Shown: positions 17,856-27,246, counted from the stretch's first letter. The stretch: 64,000 bases of DNA from an uncultured Candidatus Saccharibacteria bacterium (GCA_964543265.1 CAZIWN010000001.1:104577-168576); one strand, 5' to 3'. Program-made: numbers and translations. Notes: generated by a model from the sequence alone, not told the origin.

Positions 17856-19268
17856 ATGAAAATTTTAAAAAACAATAAGGGTCAAAGTATTCTAGAGATA
17901 TTAATAGCGATTGGAATTGCTTTAGTTTCTATTAGCGCCGGCTCAATGCTATTTTTTGGCAACCAAACAACTTTTTTAGATCAAAAAAATTATCTTAAAG
18001 CTAGCGGTTTAGCCTCTGAATGCATAGAAGCTTCTAAGCAAATTTATAATAGAGATTGGAACGAACTTATTGTTGGCGGTCATGGTTTATTTTATGATGC
18101 CAGCGCTAAAAGCTGGTCTTATGCCAGCAGCTCTTCTGATGTTGTAGATATTTTTACCAGGGTTGCTACAGTGAGTACAACCTCTTCAAGTTTAGTAAAA
18201 GATCTAAAGTGCTCCATTTCTTGGAGTATAGATCCAGACAGGCCTCAACGCATAGATATGTATTATAAATTTTCAAACTGGTTTGGGCTTTATGGAGATT
18301 GGTCTAATCCAAGAACTTTAGGAACAATAGATTTAGGTGCAGGTAATCAAGGAACCGATCTTAAAGTTAGGAGTAAAATTGTTTATGTCACAACTAAGGC
18401 ATCTACAGCTTCAAAGAATGATTTTCACGTAGTTGATGCTACAAACGGAAATTTCCCGACTGTTCTAAAAAGCATCAACACTGGTCCAGGATTATTAGCT
18501 ATAGATATATATGGTGATTATGCCTATGTGGCAGCTGATTCTGACAGTAGGCAATTTCAAATAATTAATATCGCAACTAATAATAATCCATTTCTCGTAT
18601 CTTCATCCTCTATTCCAAGCAATGTTGCGAAGGGAGCTTCTGTTGCTTATAGAAATGGATACGTTTATTTAGGCACAAAAAACTCATCAGGAGGAAAAGA
18701 ATTAAATATTTTCAACGTATCTAATCCATCTTCGCCAACAATTACTGGTTCTTATGAGGTTGGGGGAGATGTAAATAAAATATTTCTTTATAATAACTAC
18801 GCCTATCTAGTGACTTCCTTAAATGATGGTCAAGTTTTTGTTTTAGACGTTTCAAATCCAGCATCTCCAACTCTAGCTAAAAAATACGATGTTTATGGAG
18901 ATACCGACGGAGATTCTATAGATATAGTCGGTAATTTAGTTTATTACGGAAGCTATCATGAATATGATCCGGTTGGTTTTGAGCTTAATATTTTAGATAC
19001 ATCTAATTTCCCAACCATAGTCGCTACTGGCACGAAAGACACCGCGGCAAATATTAACGATGTTTATGTAAAAGACTATATTGCTTTTATGGCTACAGAT
19101 GACAGTAACCAAGAGTTTCGAGCTTATGATATATCTAACCCTAAAAACGTAACTCTAATAAGTACTCTAAATTTTCCTCAGGTTGCAGCTGCTATAGATT
19201 ATGAAAATAATCTTGTTTATGTCGCAGTAAGAAGTAATGACACATTAAGAATAGTAACCTCTCAATGA
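17856..19268 (+). CDS. Large prepilin-like protein of about 470 aa with a repeat-rich C-terminal domain (beta-propeller-like LVYVA/YAYVA/YAYLV repeats); candidate pilus tip or adhesin pilin.
   Basis: G|QSILEIL prepilin motif. Recurring hydrophobic (L/Y)(V/A)Y(V/L) repeat units. Confidence 0.6.
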   Translation: MKILKNNKGQSILEILIAIGIALVSISAGSMLFFGNQTTFLDQKNYLKASGLASECIEASKQIYNRDWNELIVGGHGLFYDASAKSWSYASSSSDVVDIFTRVATVSTTSSSLVKDLKCSISWSIDPDRPQRIDMYYKFSNWFGLYGDWSNPRTLGTIDLGAGNQGTDLKVRSKIVYVTTKASTASKNDFHVVDATNGNFPTVLKSINTGPGLLAIDIYGDYAYVAADSDSRQFQIINIATNNNPFLVSSSSIPSNVAKGASVAYRNGYVYLGTKNSSGGKELNIFNVSNPSSPTITGSYEVGGDVNKIFLYNNYAYLVTSLNDGQVFVLDVSNPASPTLAKKYDVYGDTDGDSIDIVGNLVYYGSYHEYDPVGFELNILDTSNFPTIVATGTKDTAANINDVYVKDYIAFMATDDSNQEFRAYDISNPKNVTLISTLNFPQVAAAIDYENNLVYVAVRSNDTLRIVTSQ

Positions 19269-19789
19269 AGCCACTTATTTTCTTAAAAACCAAAAAAGAC
19301 GGATTCACTTTTATAGAGACACTTCTTTATTCAGCGATACTTGTGATTTTTTTAGGTTTTTCATATACGCTCTTAACTTCTTTTTTAAAGATTTCAAACC
19401 AATCAAGGTCTTCCATAGAAGCTTCGGATGAGGCTAATTTTATTTTAAGTAAAATTAATTATTCTTTAAATCAAGCTCAATACATTTCTTTTCCGGCCAC
19501 AAATACATCTTCTTTAATCGCTTTAGAGATATATGATTATAATAATGTAAAAAATAGATTTGATGTTTCAGGAAATAATATTTTATTTTCAAGAAATGGG
19601 CTCGGCACAACAACTTTAAATAGTAGCACTACAATTATTTCTTATTTTTCTATTGATAATAATTTTCAACCAGACAGCAATACTAGCGGGTTAAAAATTA
19701 ATTTTACCGTCAAGCAAAAATCAGTCGGAATCCAATTTGGGGAATTAGCCTCAACAACTATTTCAACAACTTATGTTTTACAAAAATAA
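19265..19789 (+). CDS. Prepilin-type minor pilin.
   Basis: G|FTFIETLL motif. Confidence 0.65.
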   Translation: MKPLIFLKTKKDGFTFIETLLYSAILVIFLGFSYTLLTSFLKISNQSRSSIEASDEANFILSKINYSLNQAQYISFPATNTSSLIALEIYDYNNVKNRFDVSGNNILFSRNGLGTTTLNSSTTIISYFSIDNNFQPDSNTSGLKINFTVKQKSVGIQFGELASTTISTTYVLQK

Positions 19790-20168
19790 AAAAAATAGCG
19801 GCTATATCGCCATAGTTACCGCAGTCATACTTTCTTCTATAGTTTATTTTCTTGCTTTTAGTTTTTCAGAAACATCAACTCTTGGGCGATATGATGCTTT
19901 AATTTTAAATAATAAAAAAGAGAGCAGATATCTGGCAGAAAGTTGTCTCGATTATGGAAAGCTTCAGTTGGCTCAAAATATAAATTATACCGGCAGCGAA
20001 ACAGTAACTCTTCCCAATGGAACTTGTTTTATCGGGGCCGTAACAACCCAAGGGAGCAATAAAATATTCACCTCAACAGCTTCTTTCGGTAACTCAAAAA
20101 CCGTGTTAAGATTAACATTAACACAGGTTAATCTTGGAAAAATAAAACTTGAAGAACTTCAATCGTAA
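19773..20168 (+). CDS. Pilin-like (PilX-like) protein.
   Basis: N-terminal hydrophobic helix after Gly, without the conserved Glu5. Confidence 0.45.
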   Translation: MFYKNKKNSGYIAIVTAVILSSIVYFLAFSFSETSTLGRYDALILNNKKESRYLAESCLDYGKLQLAQNINYTGSETVTLPNGTCFIGAVTTQGSNKIFTSTASFGNSKTVLRLTLTQVNLGKIKLEELQS

Positions 20169-20622
20169 AAATAAAGGTGTAACTCTTTCGGAAATATTAA
20201 TTTCAGTTTCAATATTAGCGATTTTAACCGCTGTTTTTATTATATCTTCAAATCCTGTTTCTACTCTGACAAATTCAAGAAACTTTGAGCGCCAAGCAGA
20301 ATTAAATTTGATTATGAACGCCATTTCTCAAAACATTGGGGATAATAACGGTAATTTCGGTTGTATCTCTGGTTCAATTCCCACGGCGACCACAACTATG
20401 GCTAGCACAACGTCATTAACCGGAGATTATAATATAGCTCCTTGTCTTGTCCCAGTTTATTTAGACGCTTTACCAATCGATCAAGGTTCATCTTCTGCTT
20501 ATTGGACCTCGACCACAAGTAACAATAGCGCCTATTCTATAATTATAAACTCTACCACCGGAAGAATAAAGGTATTTGCTCCATATTCGGAAGGATCAAC
20601 CACCATATCGGTTACTAGATAG
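20149..20622 (+). CDS. Prepilin-type pilin, candidate major pilin.
   Basis: G|VTLSEILISV motif and a Thr/Ser-rich body. Confidence 0.65.
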   Translation: MKNFNRKNKGVTLSEILISVSILAILTAVFIISSNPVSTLTNSRNFERQAELNLIMNAISQNIGDNNGNFGCISGSIPTATTTMASTTSLTGDYNIAPCLVPVYLDALPIDQGSSSAYWTSTTSNNSAYSIIINSTTGRIKVFAPYSEGSTTISVTR

Positions 20623-21466
20623 ATTTCGCTTCTTTTGGTTTTCCTCCCTCCTCTTGTATAGTTTTTAATTTAAGTTTCCCGTTTTCAATTTCCGCGCTTA
20701 GAATTTTTATTCTCTTATTATTTTTTATCACGTAAACTCCTGGCTCGTTTCCGAGGGCTCTAATTTTTTTATCAATTAAAATTGCTTTTTCTCCGCCAAT
20801 TTCCAGAGCTTCGCTTAAGTCATTTAATTCAATAAATCCATCTTGCGAAGAAAATTTTTTAGTATAAGTTGCTTCTTCTTCGTTTTGTTTAGTCGCCTTA
20901 ATTTCTTTTTTAAATAATTTAGGCAAAACTTCAACAACTAGATCTCCTCCAGCTTCTGCCGATTCCTTTTCTAATTCTAGATAATTTTTATTTTCAAGAC
21001 GTATTTTTTGAGTTTTAATCATTGATCCGCTATCAATTCCTTCATCTAAAGAATATATAGTTACTCCCGTTTCAGTCTCTTTAGAAAGTATTACTGATTG
21101 TATTGGTGTTGCTCCTCTGAATTTAGGCAAAATAGATGGATGGATTCCAATAGTGCCAAATTTTGGCATCTCTAAAACATCTTTTTTTAATATTTTAGAA
21201 TAAGCGGCAACCACAAAAAAATCTGGAGATATATTTAATTCTGATAATTTATCTAGTAAATCTGATTTATTTAATTTATCTTTTTGTAAAACAGGTATTT
21301 TATATTTTTCTGCTAATATTTTTGTCTCTGGGCTGGTTAATATTTTTTTTCTTCCCTTTGGTTTATCAATATTACAAACAACAAGAGAGGGGAGGACTCC
21401 TCCTTTAATTATTCTTTCCAAAGCTATTTCGGCAAATCTTGGTGATCCAAAAAATACAATCTGCAT
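20615..21466 (-). CDS. fmt: Methionyl-tRNA formyltransferase.
   Basis: N-terminal MQIVFFGSP.FA...L..I and a formyltransferase fold. Confidence 0.85.
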   Translation of the reverse strand: MQIVFFGSPRFAEIALERIIKGGVLPSLVVCNIDKPKGRKKILTSPETKILAEKYKIPVLQKDKLNKSDLLDKLSELNISPDFFVVAAYSKILKKDVLEMPKFGTIGIHPSILPKFRGATPIQSVILSKETETGVTIYSLDEGIDSGSMIKTQKIRLENKNYLELEKESAEAGGDLVVEVLPKLFKKEIKATKQNEEEATYTKKFSSQDGFIELNDLSEALEIGGEKAILIDKKIRALGNEPGVYVIKNNKRIKILSAEIENGKLKLKTIQEEGGKPKEAKSI

Positions 21467-21970
21467 TTATTTAGTTATTCCGTCTTCAATTTTATGAATA
21501 TCCGTAGCCCTATCTATAAACAATCCTCCATTTAAATGATCCATTTCGTGTTGAAAAATTCTTGCCAACAACCCCCAGGCTTTTATCTTTATATTTTTTC
21601 CATTAGCATCTAATCCAGTCAAAACAACATTTGTTGGTCTTTTTACTTTTCCAAATGTTTTTGGAACGCTTAAGCATCCCTCTTCAAAATCTACCGATTC
21701 TCCTTCTGATTTTACAATTTCAGGATTAAAAACCGCATAAAATTTACCTCTAGATTTTTGATTTCCCGGTATTTCTGCCACAAAAACTCTGGCATTGATT
21801 CCTATTTGATTTGCGGCAAGCCCTATTCCATCAGCCAACCTCATTGTCCTCTTCATCTCGGCAATTAAATCTTTTATTTCTTTTTTTGAATACTTCGAAA
21901 AATCAAAATCTTTGGTTTTTGATTTTAAGAATTTCTCATTTTCTTTTGAGGCTATTGTCAGTATTTCCAT
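21467..21970 (-). CDS. def: Peptide deformylase.
   Basis: Motifs EGCLSVP and HEMDHLNG. Confidence 0.95.
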   Translation of the reverse strand: MEILTIASKENEKFLKSKTKDFDFSKYSKKEIKDLIAEMKRTMRLADGIGLAANQIGINARVFVAEIPGNQKSRGKFYAVFNPEIVKSEGESVDFEEGCLSVPKTFGKVKRPTNVVLTGLDANGKNIKIKAWGLLARIFQHEMDHLNGGLFIDRATDIHKIEDGITK

Positions 21971-21984
21971 TTTTAAAATTCTTT

Positions 21985-22317
21985 TTAATTTTTAGCTACA
22001 GATTTTGTTTTTTGATCTTCCTTTTTACTCAGGGCTACCAATTTCATGAAATATGCCCCTCGATTTAAGACATTATTATTTTCTGAAACAGATTTAGCTA
22101 AGGCCAATAACTTGTCTTTATTATACATCTTTGCCAGCTTAATGTAAAGAGATTTATATTTGTGATCGCCCAGTATTTGTGAAATTAAAAGACCGGTCAT
22201 CTGATAATCTTTATATACCTTAGATTTTTTAGATTTATTTTTAATTTCAGTTAAATATTTGTCTTTATCAAATAAATCCTTATTCATACATTCAAGTCTA
22301 ACCCATATCCCTACCAC
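21985..22317 (-). CDS. Hypothetical protein.
   Basis: ORF only. Confidence 0.4.
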   Translation of the reverse strand: MVGIWVRLECMNKDLFDKDKYLTEIKNKSKKSKVYKDYQMTGLLISQILGDHKYKSLYIKLAKMYNKDKLLALAKSVSENNNVLNRGAYFMKLVALSKKEDQKTKSVAKN

Positions 22318-22342
22318 GAGCCAATATAAAAGTAATTGTTAG

Positions 22343-23653
22343 TTGGTGGTTGTTATTGGTGTGTGTTATCATTTTTTTATGCAAAATTTGTTTTTAAAGA
22401 TTAAAAATTATTTTGATATTCACTCTAAATTAATATTTCCGGCCATATTAGGAATTGGTTTAGTCGCTGGTTCGTATTATCTAGGATTTATTTTTGGAAC
22501 CCAACATCCAGATCATATTATTGTTGAGGGGATAAAAAATATGAGCGATAGCGATGTTAAAGCGGATATGGGTATATTTTGGGAAGCTTTTAAGAAGTTA
22601 AGGGTTAATCATTATGATTCTGACAAAACAACAGAAAAAGATTTTGTTTATGGAGCAATATCTGGTCTTGCCAGTACTTTTGGAGATCCAAATACGGTTT
22701 TTTTTAAACCCGTAGAATCAAAAAAATTTAAAGACGATATTTCAGGAACATTCGGTGGTATAGGCGCAGAAATAGGAATTAAAGACGGAACCTTGGTTAT
22801 CGTTGCTCCAATTAAAGACTCTCCATCAGATAAGGCTGGTTTAAAGCCGGGAGACAGGATTTTTAAAATTGAGGGAAAAATTACTTCTGGTATGACTGTT
22901 CCAGACGCTGTCAATATTATTAGAGGTAAAATTGGAACAAATATTAATTTAACTATGTATAGAGATTCTTGGGCCGCGCCAAGAGAATTTTCTATCACTA
23001 GGCAAGAAATAGTTTTACCAAATTTAGATTCAAAAATGCTGGACGATAAGATTATGTATATGAGGCTTCATAATTTTAATGAAAACAGCGTTAAGCAATT
23101 CTCTCAAGCAGTTTCAGAATTTTCAAAGAATGGGGGTAAGGGATTGATCTTTGATTTAAGGGGTAACCCAGGTGGATATCTACAGGTCGCAGTTGACCTT
23201 GCTGGTTGGTTCTTAAAAAACGGCTCCCTAGTTGTAACTCAAGATTATAAAAGTTCAATGGATTTTGGTTTTCATTCAAGCGGTAACGAATTTTTTGCCA
23301 ATATTCCAGTAGTTTTGTTATTAGATCAGGGATCCGCCTCAGCTTCAGAAATATTAGCAGGAGCTCTGAAATTCAATAGGCCAGATATAAAAATAGTTGG
23401 AGCAAAAAGTTTTGGTAAGGGAACGGTTCAAGACTTAGAAGATTTATCAGATGGTTCTCAGCTTAAAGTCACTATTGCTCATTGGATAATGCCAAATGGA
23501 GTTAGTATTGAGAAAAATGGCATAGCTCCAGATTATGAGGTTCAAATTTCTGAAGACGATCTAAAAAATAAAAACGACGCCCAGATGAATAAGGCCTTAG
23601 AGGTTTTGAGGTCTGAAATGTTCGGAACTTCTACGGCTTCAGTTAAAAAATAA
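22343..23653 (+). CDS. C-terminal processing peptidase (S41, CtpA/Prc-like) with a PDZ domain.
   Basis: Motifs GIGAEIG and DSPSDKAGLKPGDRI, with Ser/Lys catalytic context; a start at the later Met (22379) is possible. Confidence 0.8.
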   Translation: MVVVIGVCYHFFMQNLFLKIKNYFDIHSKLIFPAILGIGLVAGSYYLGFIFGTQHPDHIIVEGIKNMSDSDVKADMGIFWEAFKKLRVNHYDSDKTTEKDFVYGAISGLASTFGDPNTVFFKPVESKKFKDDISGTFGGIGAEIGIKDGTLVIVAPIKDSPSDKAGLKPGDRIFKIEGKITSGMTVPDAVNIIRGKIGTNINLTMYRDSWAAPREFSITRQEIVLPNLDSKMLDDKIMYMRLHNFNENSVKQFSQAVSEFSKNGGKGLIFDLRGNPGGYLQVAVDLAGWFLKNGSLVVTQDYKSSMDFGFHSSGNEFFANIPVVLLLDQGSASASEILAGALKFNRPDIKIVGAKSFGKGTVQDLEDLSDGSQLKVTIAHWIMPNGVSIEKNGIAPDYEVQISEDDLKNKNDAQMNKALEVLRSEMFGTSTASVKK

Positions 23654-23659
23654 AATAAT

Positions 23660-24088
23660 ATGAAAGTTTTACTTTTGGAAAATGTTAAAGGTATAGGTAA
23701 AAAAATGGAGATTAAGGAGGTAAAAGATGGTTACGCAAAAAATTTTCTTATAGCCAAAGGTTTAGCAACTCCAGCCAGTAGCGAATCGATGTCTATTAAG
23801 CACGGATATGATGAATCAAAAAAGAGCGACTTGGCTAAAAGAAAAGAGGCATCAGAAAAAGTTAAGTCCATCGTTTTAGAGTTTTCTGTTAAGGTTGGTT
23901 CTAAGGGTGAAGTCTTTGAAAGCGTTGGAGAAAAAGACATTGAAAAAGCTCTGCGATTAAAAGGAATTGATGGATTTAAAATTAATCTAGAGCATCATAT
24001 TAAATCTCTTGGAGAGCATTCTGTTTCTTTGAGTTTTGGAAAAGAATTTAATTCCTCAGTTAAGGTTGTGCTTAAGAAAAATAGTTAA
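23660..24088 (+). CDS. rplI: Ribosomal protein L9.
   Basis: N-terminal [36 protein letters not shown]. Confidence 0.9.
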   Translation: MKVLLLENVKGIGKKMEIKEVKDGYAKNFLIAKGLATPASSESMSIKHGYDESKKSDLAKRKEASEKVKSIVLEFSVKVGSKGEVFESVGEKDIEKALRLKGIDGFKINLEHHIKSLGEHSVSLSFGKEFNSSVKVVLKKNS

Positions 24089-24097
24089 TTAATTAAA

Positions 24098-24128
24098 AAA
24101 ACCGGTTTTCACCGGTTTTTTTAATCTT
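24098..24128. terminator. Bidirectional terminator AAACCGGT tttc ACCGGTTT.
   Basis: Sits between convergent rplI and rpmA. Confidence 0.8.
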
Positions 24129-24411
24129 ATTTCTTAACCTCTTCTATTTTAACCACCTTAACGTATCTTGTGCTTCTGTCGAAGTTGGATTTTTTCTTAT
24201 CTAAGAATTTAACCACTCCATTTTTCAACGCATATAATGTGTCATCTCCTCCAACTGCCACATTTGCTCCAGCGAGATATCTAGATCCTCTTTGCCTGAT
24301 GATTATTTCTCCAGCTCTAACAGCCTCGTTCTGATTTACCTTAATTCCAAGGCGTTGAGATCTCGAGTCTCTACCGTTTGCTGTTGAGCCTCCCGATTTA
24401 GTATGTGCCAT
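24127..24411 (-). CDS. rpmA: Ribosomal protein L27.
   Basis: Motif [16 protein letters not shown]...RLG.K. Confidence 0.95.
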   Translation of the reverse strand: MAHTKSGGSTANGRDSRSQRLGIKVNQNEAVRAGEIIIRQRGSRYLAGANVAVGGDDTLYALKNGVVKFLDKKKSNFDRSTRYVKVVKIEEVKK

Positions 24412-24519
24412 TTTTTTTCAAAAAATAGAGCATGGCGATCTATTAAATTAGATAACTAATCGCCTAACCCTTATTTATAATGATATAATTAGTGGAATAA
24501 AGTATAGTATATTAAACAT

Positions 24520-25242
24520 ATGGCGTCAAATCAATCTAGGCTGGTTTTCGATATAGAAACAATAGGTGAAGATTTCAGTAAAATAGACAAAACAACCCAA
24601 GATAACTTAACAAATTGGATTAAAAGAGACGCTGAAGATAAGGATGATTATGAGAGAATGTTGGATGATCTCAAAAATGGTTTAGGCTTTTCCCCGTTAA
24701 CAGGGGAAATAGTGGCTATTGGAGTTTTAGATATTGATAAAGATAAGGGAGGTGTTTACTATCAGTCTCCAGATGTAAAATCTGAAAAATTCGAAGAAGA
24801 CGGCATTACCTATGAACCAATGGACGAAGCAGGAATTTTAAAAAAATTCTGGGACATAGCTTCAAAATATAGTGTCTTTGCCACCTTTAACGGCCGAGCT
24901 TTCGACGTTCCATTTATCATGGCTCGTTCGGCTATTAAGAAAGTTAAGCCGACAAAAAATCTGATGTTTAGTCGCTATCTCTATCAGCAGCATTCAGATT
25001 CAATTCATATAGATCTTTGCGACCAGCTTTCTTTCCAGGGAGCAGTTAGAAAAAAGGGGAGTCTTCATTTATGGAGTAGGGCACTGGGTATTAAAAGCCC
25101 CAAAGCCAGTGGAATTACCGGAGATGATGTTGGTTTCTTATTTAAAAAGAAAAAATATTTAGATATTGCTCGTTATAACGTGGGGGATTTAAAAGCCACA
25201 AAAGATCTTTTTAAGGTTTGGGAAGAATATTTTAATATCTAA
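24520..25242 (+). CDS. Predicted 3'-5' exonuclease (RNase H-like, PolB-exonuclease-related).
   Basis: Exo-I-like motif LVFDIETIG and later acidic motifs. Confidence 0.55.
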   Translation: MASNQSRLVFDIETIGEDFSKIDKTTQDNLTNWIKRDAEDKDDYERMLDDLKNGLGFSPLTGEIVAIGVLDIDKDKGGVYYQSPDVKSEKFEEDGITYEPMDEAGILKKFWDIASKYSVFATFNGRAFDVPFIMARSAIKKVKPTKNLMFSRYLYQQHSDSIHIDLCDQLSFQGAVRKKGSLHLWSRALGIKSPKASGITGDDVGFLFKKKKYLDIARYNVGDLKATKDLFKVWEEYFNI

Positions 25243-25248
25243 GAAAAA

Positions 25249-25407
25249 ATGTTTGAAAATTTTAAAAATTGGTTTAAAGAAAATGAAAAGAAGATATTAT
25301 TTATCCTTATAATATTTCTAAGTATCACTTTAAGTTTAGGATTAGGATTCTTGCTTGGAAAAAAATCAAAAGTCACACCAATTATTATCGAGAAAAATTC
25401 AAATTAA
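25249..25407 (+). CDS. 52-aa single-TM peptide (MFENFKNWFKENEKKILFILIIFLSITLSLGLGFLLGKK...).
   Basis: Hand-translated small ORF in native AT-rich sequence, followed by a strong terminator. Confidence 0.35.
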   Translation: MFENFKNWFKENEKKILFILIIFLSITLSLGLGFLLGKKSKVTPIIIEKNSN

Positions 25408-25414
25408 ATTTTAA

Positions 25415-25456
25415 GTGCCACCTCCAGCGCTTGCGCTAAATAGGTGGCACTTTTTC
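25415..25456. terminator. Terminator GTGCCACCT...AGGTGGCAC followed by TTTTT; also T-rich on the minus strand.
   Basis: 9-bp perfect stem. Confidence 0.8.
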
Positions 25457-25466
25457 TTCCCCGTCT

Positions 25467-25688
25467 TCAGTTCAGGACGGTGACGAATCTCCCGATTGGT
25501 GTGAAGACTTGTTCACCGTCGACGATCTCGAGTTGTCCGAGAACTTCGCCACATCCCGGTACGGGGCAAGAAACGTTTGAGTGTTTGCAGGACGGGGCAG
25601 CGACCTTGCACTGGCCATACCTTCCTTCCCACTTGCAAACGCACCTGATCTGCGTCTCCGCACCGCACTCCTTCTGACTCATCGTCAT
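25467..25688 (-). CDS. Cys-rich 73-aa protein with 8 Cys (CGAETQIRCVCKWEGRYGQCKVAAPSCKHSNVSCPVPGCG) and GC-rich codons.
   Basis: SD site AGGAGG lies 9 nt upstream of the ATG at 25688. It is wedged between a terminator and the rnpB promoter. Confidence 0.5.
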   Translation of the reverse strand: MTMSQKECGAETQIRCVCKWEGRYGQCKVAAPSCKHSNVSCPVPGCGEVLGQLEIVDGEQVFTPIGRFVTVLN

Positions 25689-25761
25689 TTCTTTCCGCCT
25701 CCTGAAGCTGGATTCGAAACTAGACATAATAATAACAATAATTAAGCCAAAAAGGCAAGAT

Positions 25762-25790
25762 TTGTCTATTTTTAATATTTATGGTATACT
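25762..25790 (+). promoter_or_regulatory. rnpB promoter TTGTCT-17-TATACT.
   Basis: Spacing places the transcription start near 25797, which is the first nucleotide of the P1 helix. Confidence 0.55.
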
Positions 25791-25796
25791 TTTAAA

Positions 25797-26141
25797 GTCG
25801 CTTAGGTGATTACACGGCATCGCAAAAAAATGCCGTGAGGAAAGTCTGGACTCCTGTCTTGCGAGAAATCGCAAGTAAACGTACCGGTTAAAAGCCGGCT
25901 GGGTAATCCAAGAGGTGCGAAAAGTGACGCTCAAAGACGAAAGAATTTGAGAATCCGCTTGCGGATTAACCTTCTCTATAGTGAAGGAGAGGGGTGCAAC
26001 GGCTAAATCCTTACGAGGTGCAAGATCGTGCTCTAAATTAAAACTTAGAGAGAATCGCTTGAGCCTTAAAGTAATTTAGGGCCTAGATAAATTATCACCG
26101 CTTCGCCGAAAGGCGGAAACAGAATCCGGCTTATTAGCGAC
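25797..26141 (+). ncRNA. rnpB: RNase P RNA (bacterial type A).
   Basis: Conserved GAGGAAAGUCUGGACUCC (P4 5' strand), ACAGAAUCCGGCUUA (P4 3' strand) and a P1 pairing GTCGCT/AGCGAC, followed by a terminator. Confidence 0.85.
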
Positions 26142-26155
26142 AAAAAATATCAGAA

Positions 26156-26180
26156 GTCCGCGCCTAAAGCGCGGATTTTT
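26156..26180 (+). terminator. rnpB terminator TCCGCGC ctaaa GCGCGGA followed by TTTTT.
   Basis: Read from the sequence. Confidence 0.8.
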
Positions 26181-26196
26181 GATATATGGTTTAATA

Positions 26197-26225
26197 TTGC
26201 TTTTATGACAACAATCTGTTATTAT
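26197..26225 (+). promoter_or_regulatory. Candidate promoter TTGCTT-17-TATTAT for the small membrane ORF.
   Basis: Read from the sequence. Confidence 0.4.
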
Positions 26226-26269
26226 GATTAACAGTTCTTCGGTTAAGGTCATTGGGAGGGAAGGCCTTG

Positions 26270-26458
26270 GTGGAATTCGGAAAGAGGCTTTGCTTCGCTC
26301 TGGTCTGGACTGTTTCCTGGGTTCTTCCGAAGGAATCTAGGGACGAGGAAGAAGAGGTGAGTGGTGTCTTGAAGCTTCTCCTCTTCGCCCTTGTCGGAGT
26401 TGGAACGGCCTTGGTTCTTCACTTCTATCGGATGAGGCAAAACTTCATCCAGATTTGA
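26270..26458 (+). CDS. Small two-TM membrane protein of 62 aa from the GTG start (68 aa if the TTG at 26252 is used), GC-rich.
   Basis: SD site GGGAGGGAAGG lies 5 nt upstream of the GTG. Two hydrophobic helices are separated by an acidic EEEE loop. A terminator follows. Confidence 0.45.
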   Translation: MEFGKRLCFALVWTVSWVLPKESRDEEEEVSGVLKLLLFALVGVGTALVLHFYRMRQNFIQI

Positions 26459-26477
26459 AAGAAGGCCAAGTGTCTCA

Positions 26478-26558
26478 AATGGCGTGCTGCCACCAAGTAG
26501 CGCGCCATTTTTTTTGTAAAAAAAGACCACCCATTACTCGCTCGCGAGCTAGGGTGGT
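26478..26558. terminator. Pair of convergent terminators sharing a central T8/A7 tract: ATGGCG...CGCCAT followed by T8 on the plus strand, and ACCACCC...GGGTGGT followed by a T-tract on the minus strand.
   Basis: Read from the sequence. Confidence 0.65.
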
Positions 26559-26570
26559 TTTCTGTCGCTG

Positions 26571-26789
26571 TTAACGAGGAGTAGTCGCTTCCCCGAACAG
26601 CATCGGTACTTCTATCAGATGCTTTTTATTGCATCCCTTCTTGCATTTCGGATGCGTCGAGCTCCCAAAATATGTATTGCCCTTTGGGATCTTACCACCG
26701 CACCCAGTGCAGGTACGATCCAAATGGGCAACATGATGTTCTGGAACCTCATCATCCTCTTCGTCGCTTCCGCCGTTGCCTCCACGCAT
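26571..26789 (-). CDS. Small zinc-ribbon protein of 72 aa from the ATG (CTGCGGKIPKGNTYFGSSTHPKCKKGC), acidic N-terminus.
   Basis: SD site GGGGAGGG lies upstream of the ATG. Its own promoter TTGAAA-17-TATAGT (26845-26873, minus strand) and its own terminator flank it. Confidence 0.5.
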   Translation of the reverse strand: MRGGNGGSDEEDDEVPEHHVAHLDRTCTGCGGKIPKGNTYFGSSTHPKCKKGCNKKHLIEVPMLFGEATTPR

Positions 26790-26876
26790 TGGGTTCGCCC
26801 TCCCCGTGAATGGATTGATGGTCAAGAAACGTGTACTGATATTTACTATAAAACATTCTTAAATAATTTTCAAAAT

Positions 26877-26920
26877 GAAAAGGCCCGGCTAGAACTATAC
26901 GTTCTATAACCGGACCTTTT
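26877..26920. terminator. Bidirectional terminator with a long imperfect stem GGCCCGGCTAGAAC tatac GTTCTATAACCGGACC, flanked by A4 and T4.
   Basis: Read from the sequence. Confidence 0.65.
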
Positions 26921-26946
26921 GCTCCGTCTTGCGGAGCCGTCGCCTT

Positions 26947-27153
26947 TCAGGCGGTGGCAACTGCGAGTTGCCGGCTCTCGGCGCGGAGCTCTGCGAGTTC
27001 TCCGCTCGAGAACAGATTGAGCAGTTCAGGCCACGTCGGCATCCTGCCGAGCTTCCGAGCCTTCCGCGCGATGATCTGCCGCATCGTGGGCACCGCGACC
27101 TCTTCTGAGCACTGATCGCAACCATTCGCGCAGCACTTGGATTCGCACGCCAT
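26947..27153 (-). CDS. Cys-rich 68-aa protein (N-terminal CESKCCANGCDQC, basic/helical C-terminus).
   Basis: A GGGGGG tract lies 7 nt upstream of the ATG. Copy B of the consensus promoter sits about 90 nt upstream. Confidence 0.5.
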   Translation of the reverse strand: MACESKCCANGCDQCSEEVAVPTMRQIIARKARKLGRMPTWPELLNLFSSGELAELRAESRQLAVATA

Positions 27154-27246
27154 CGTAGTTCCCCCCGAATGCCATTCTGATTTCGCCCTAAGGCTCGTCA
27201 GAGGACTTGTGAATGACTAGGGCCAATCCCTTATCATCACTCCTAT

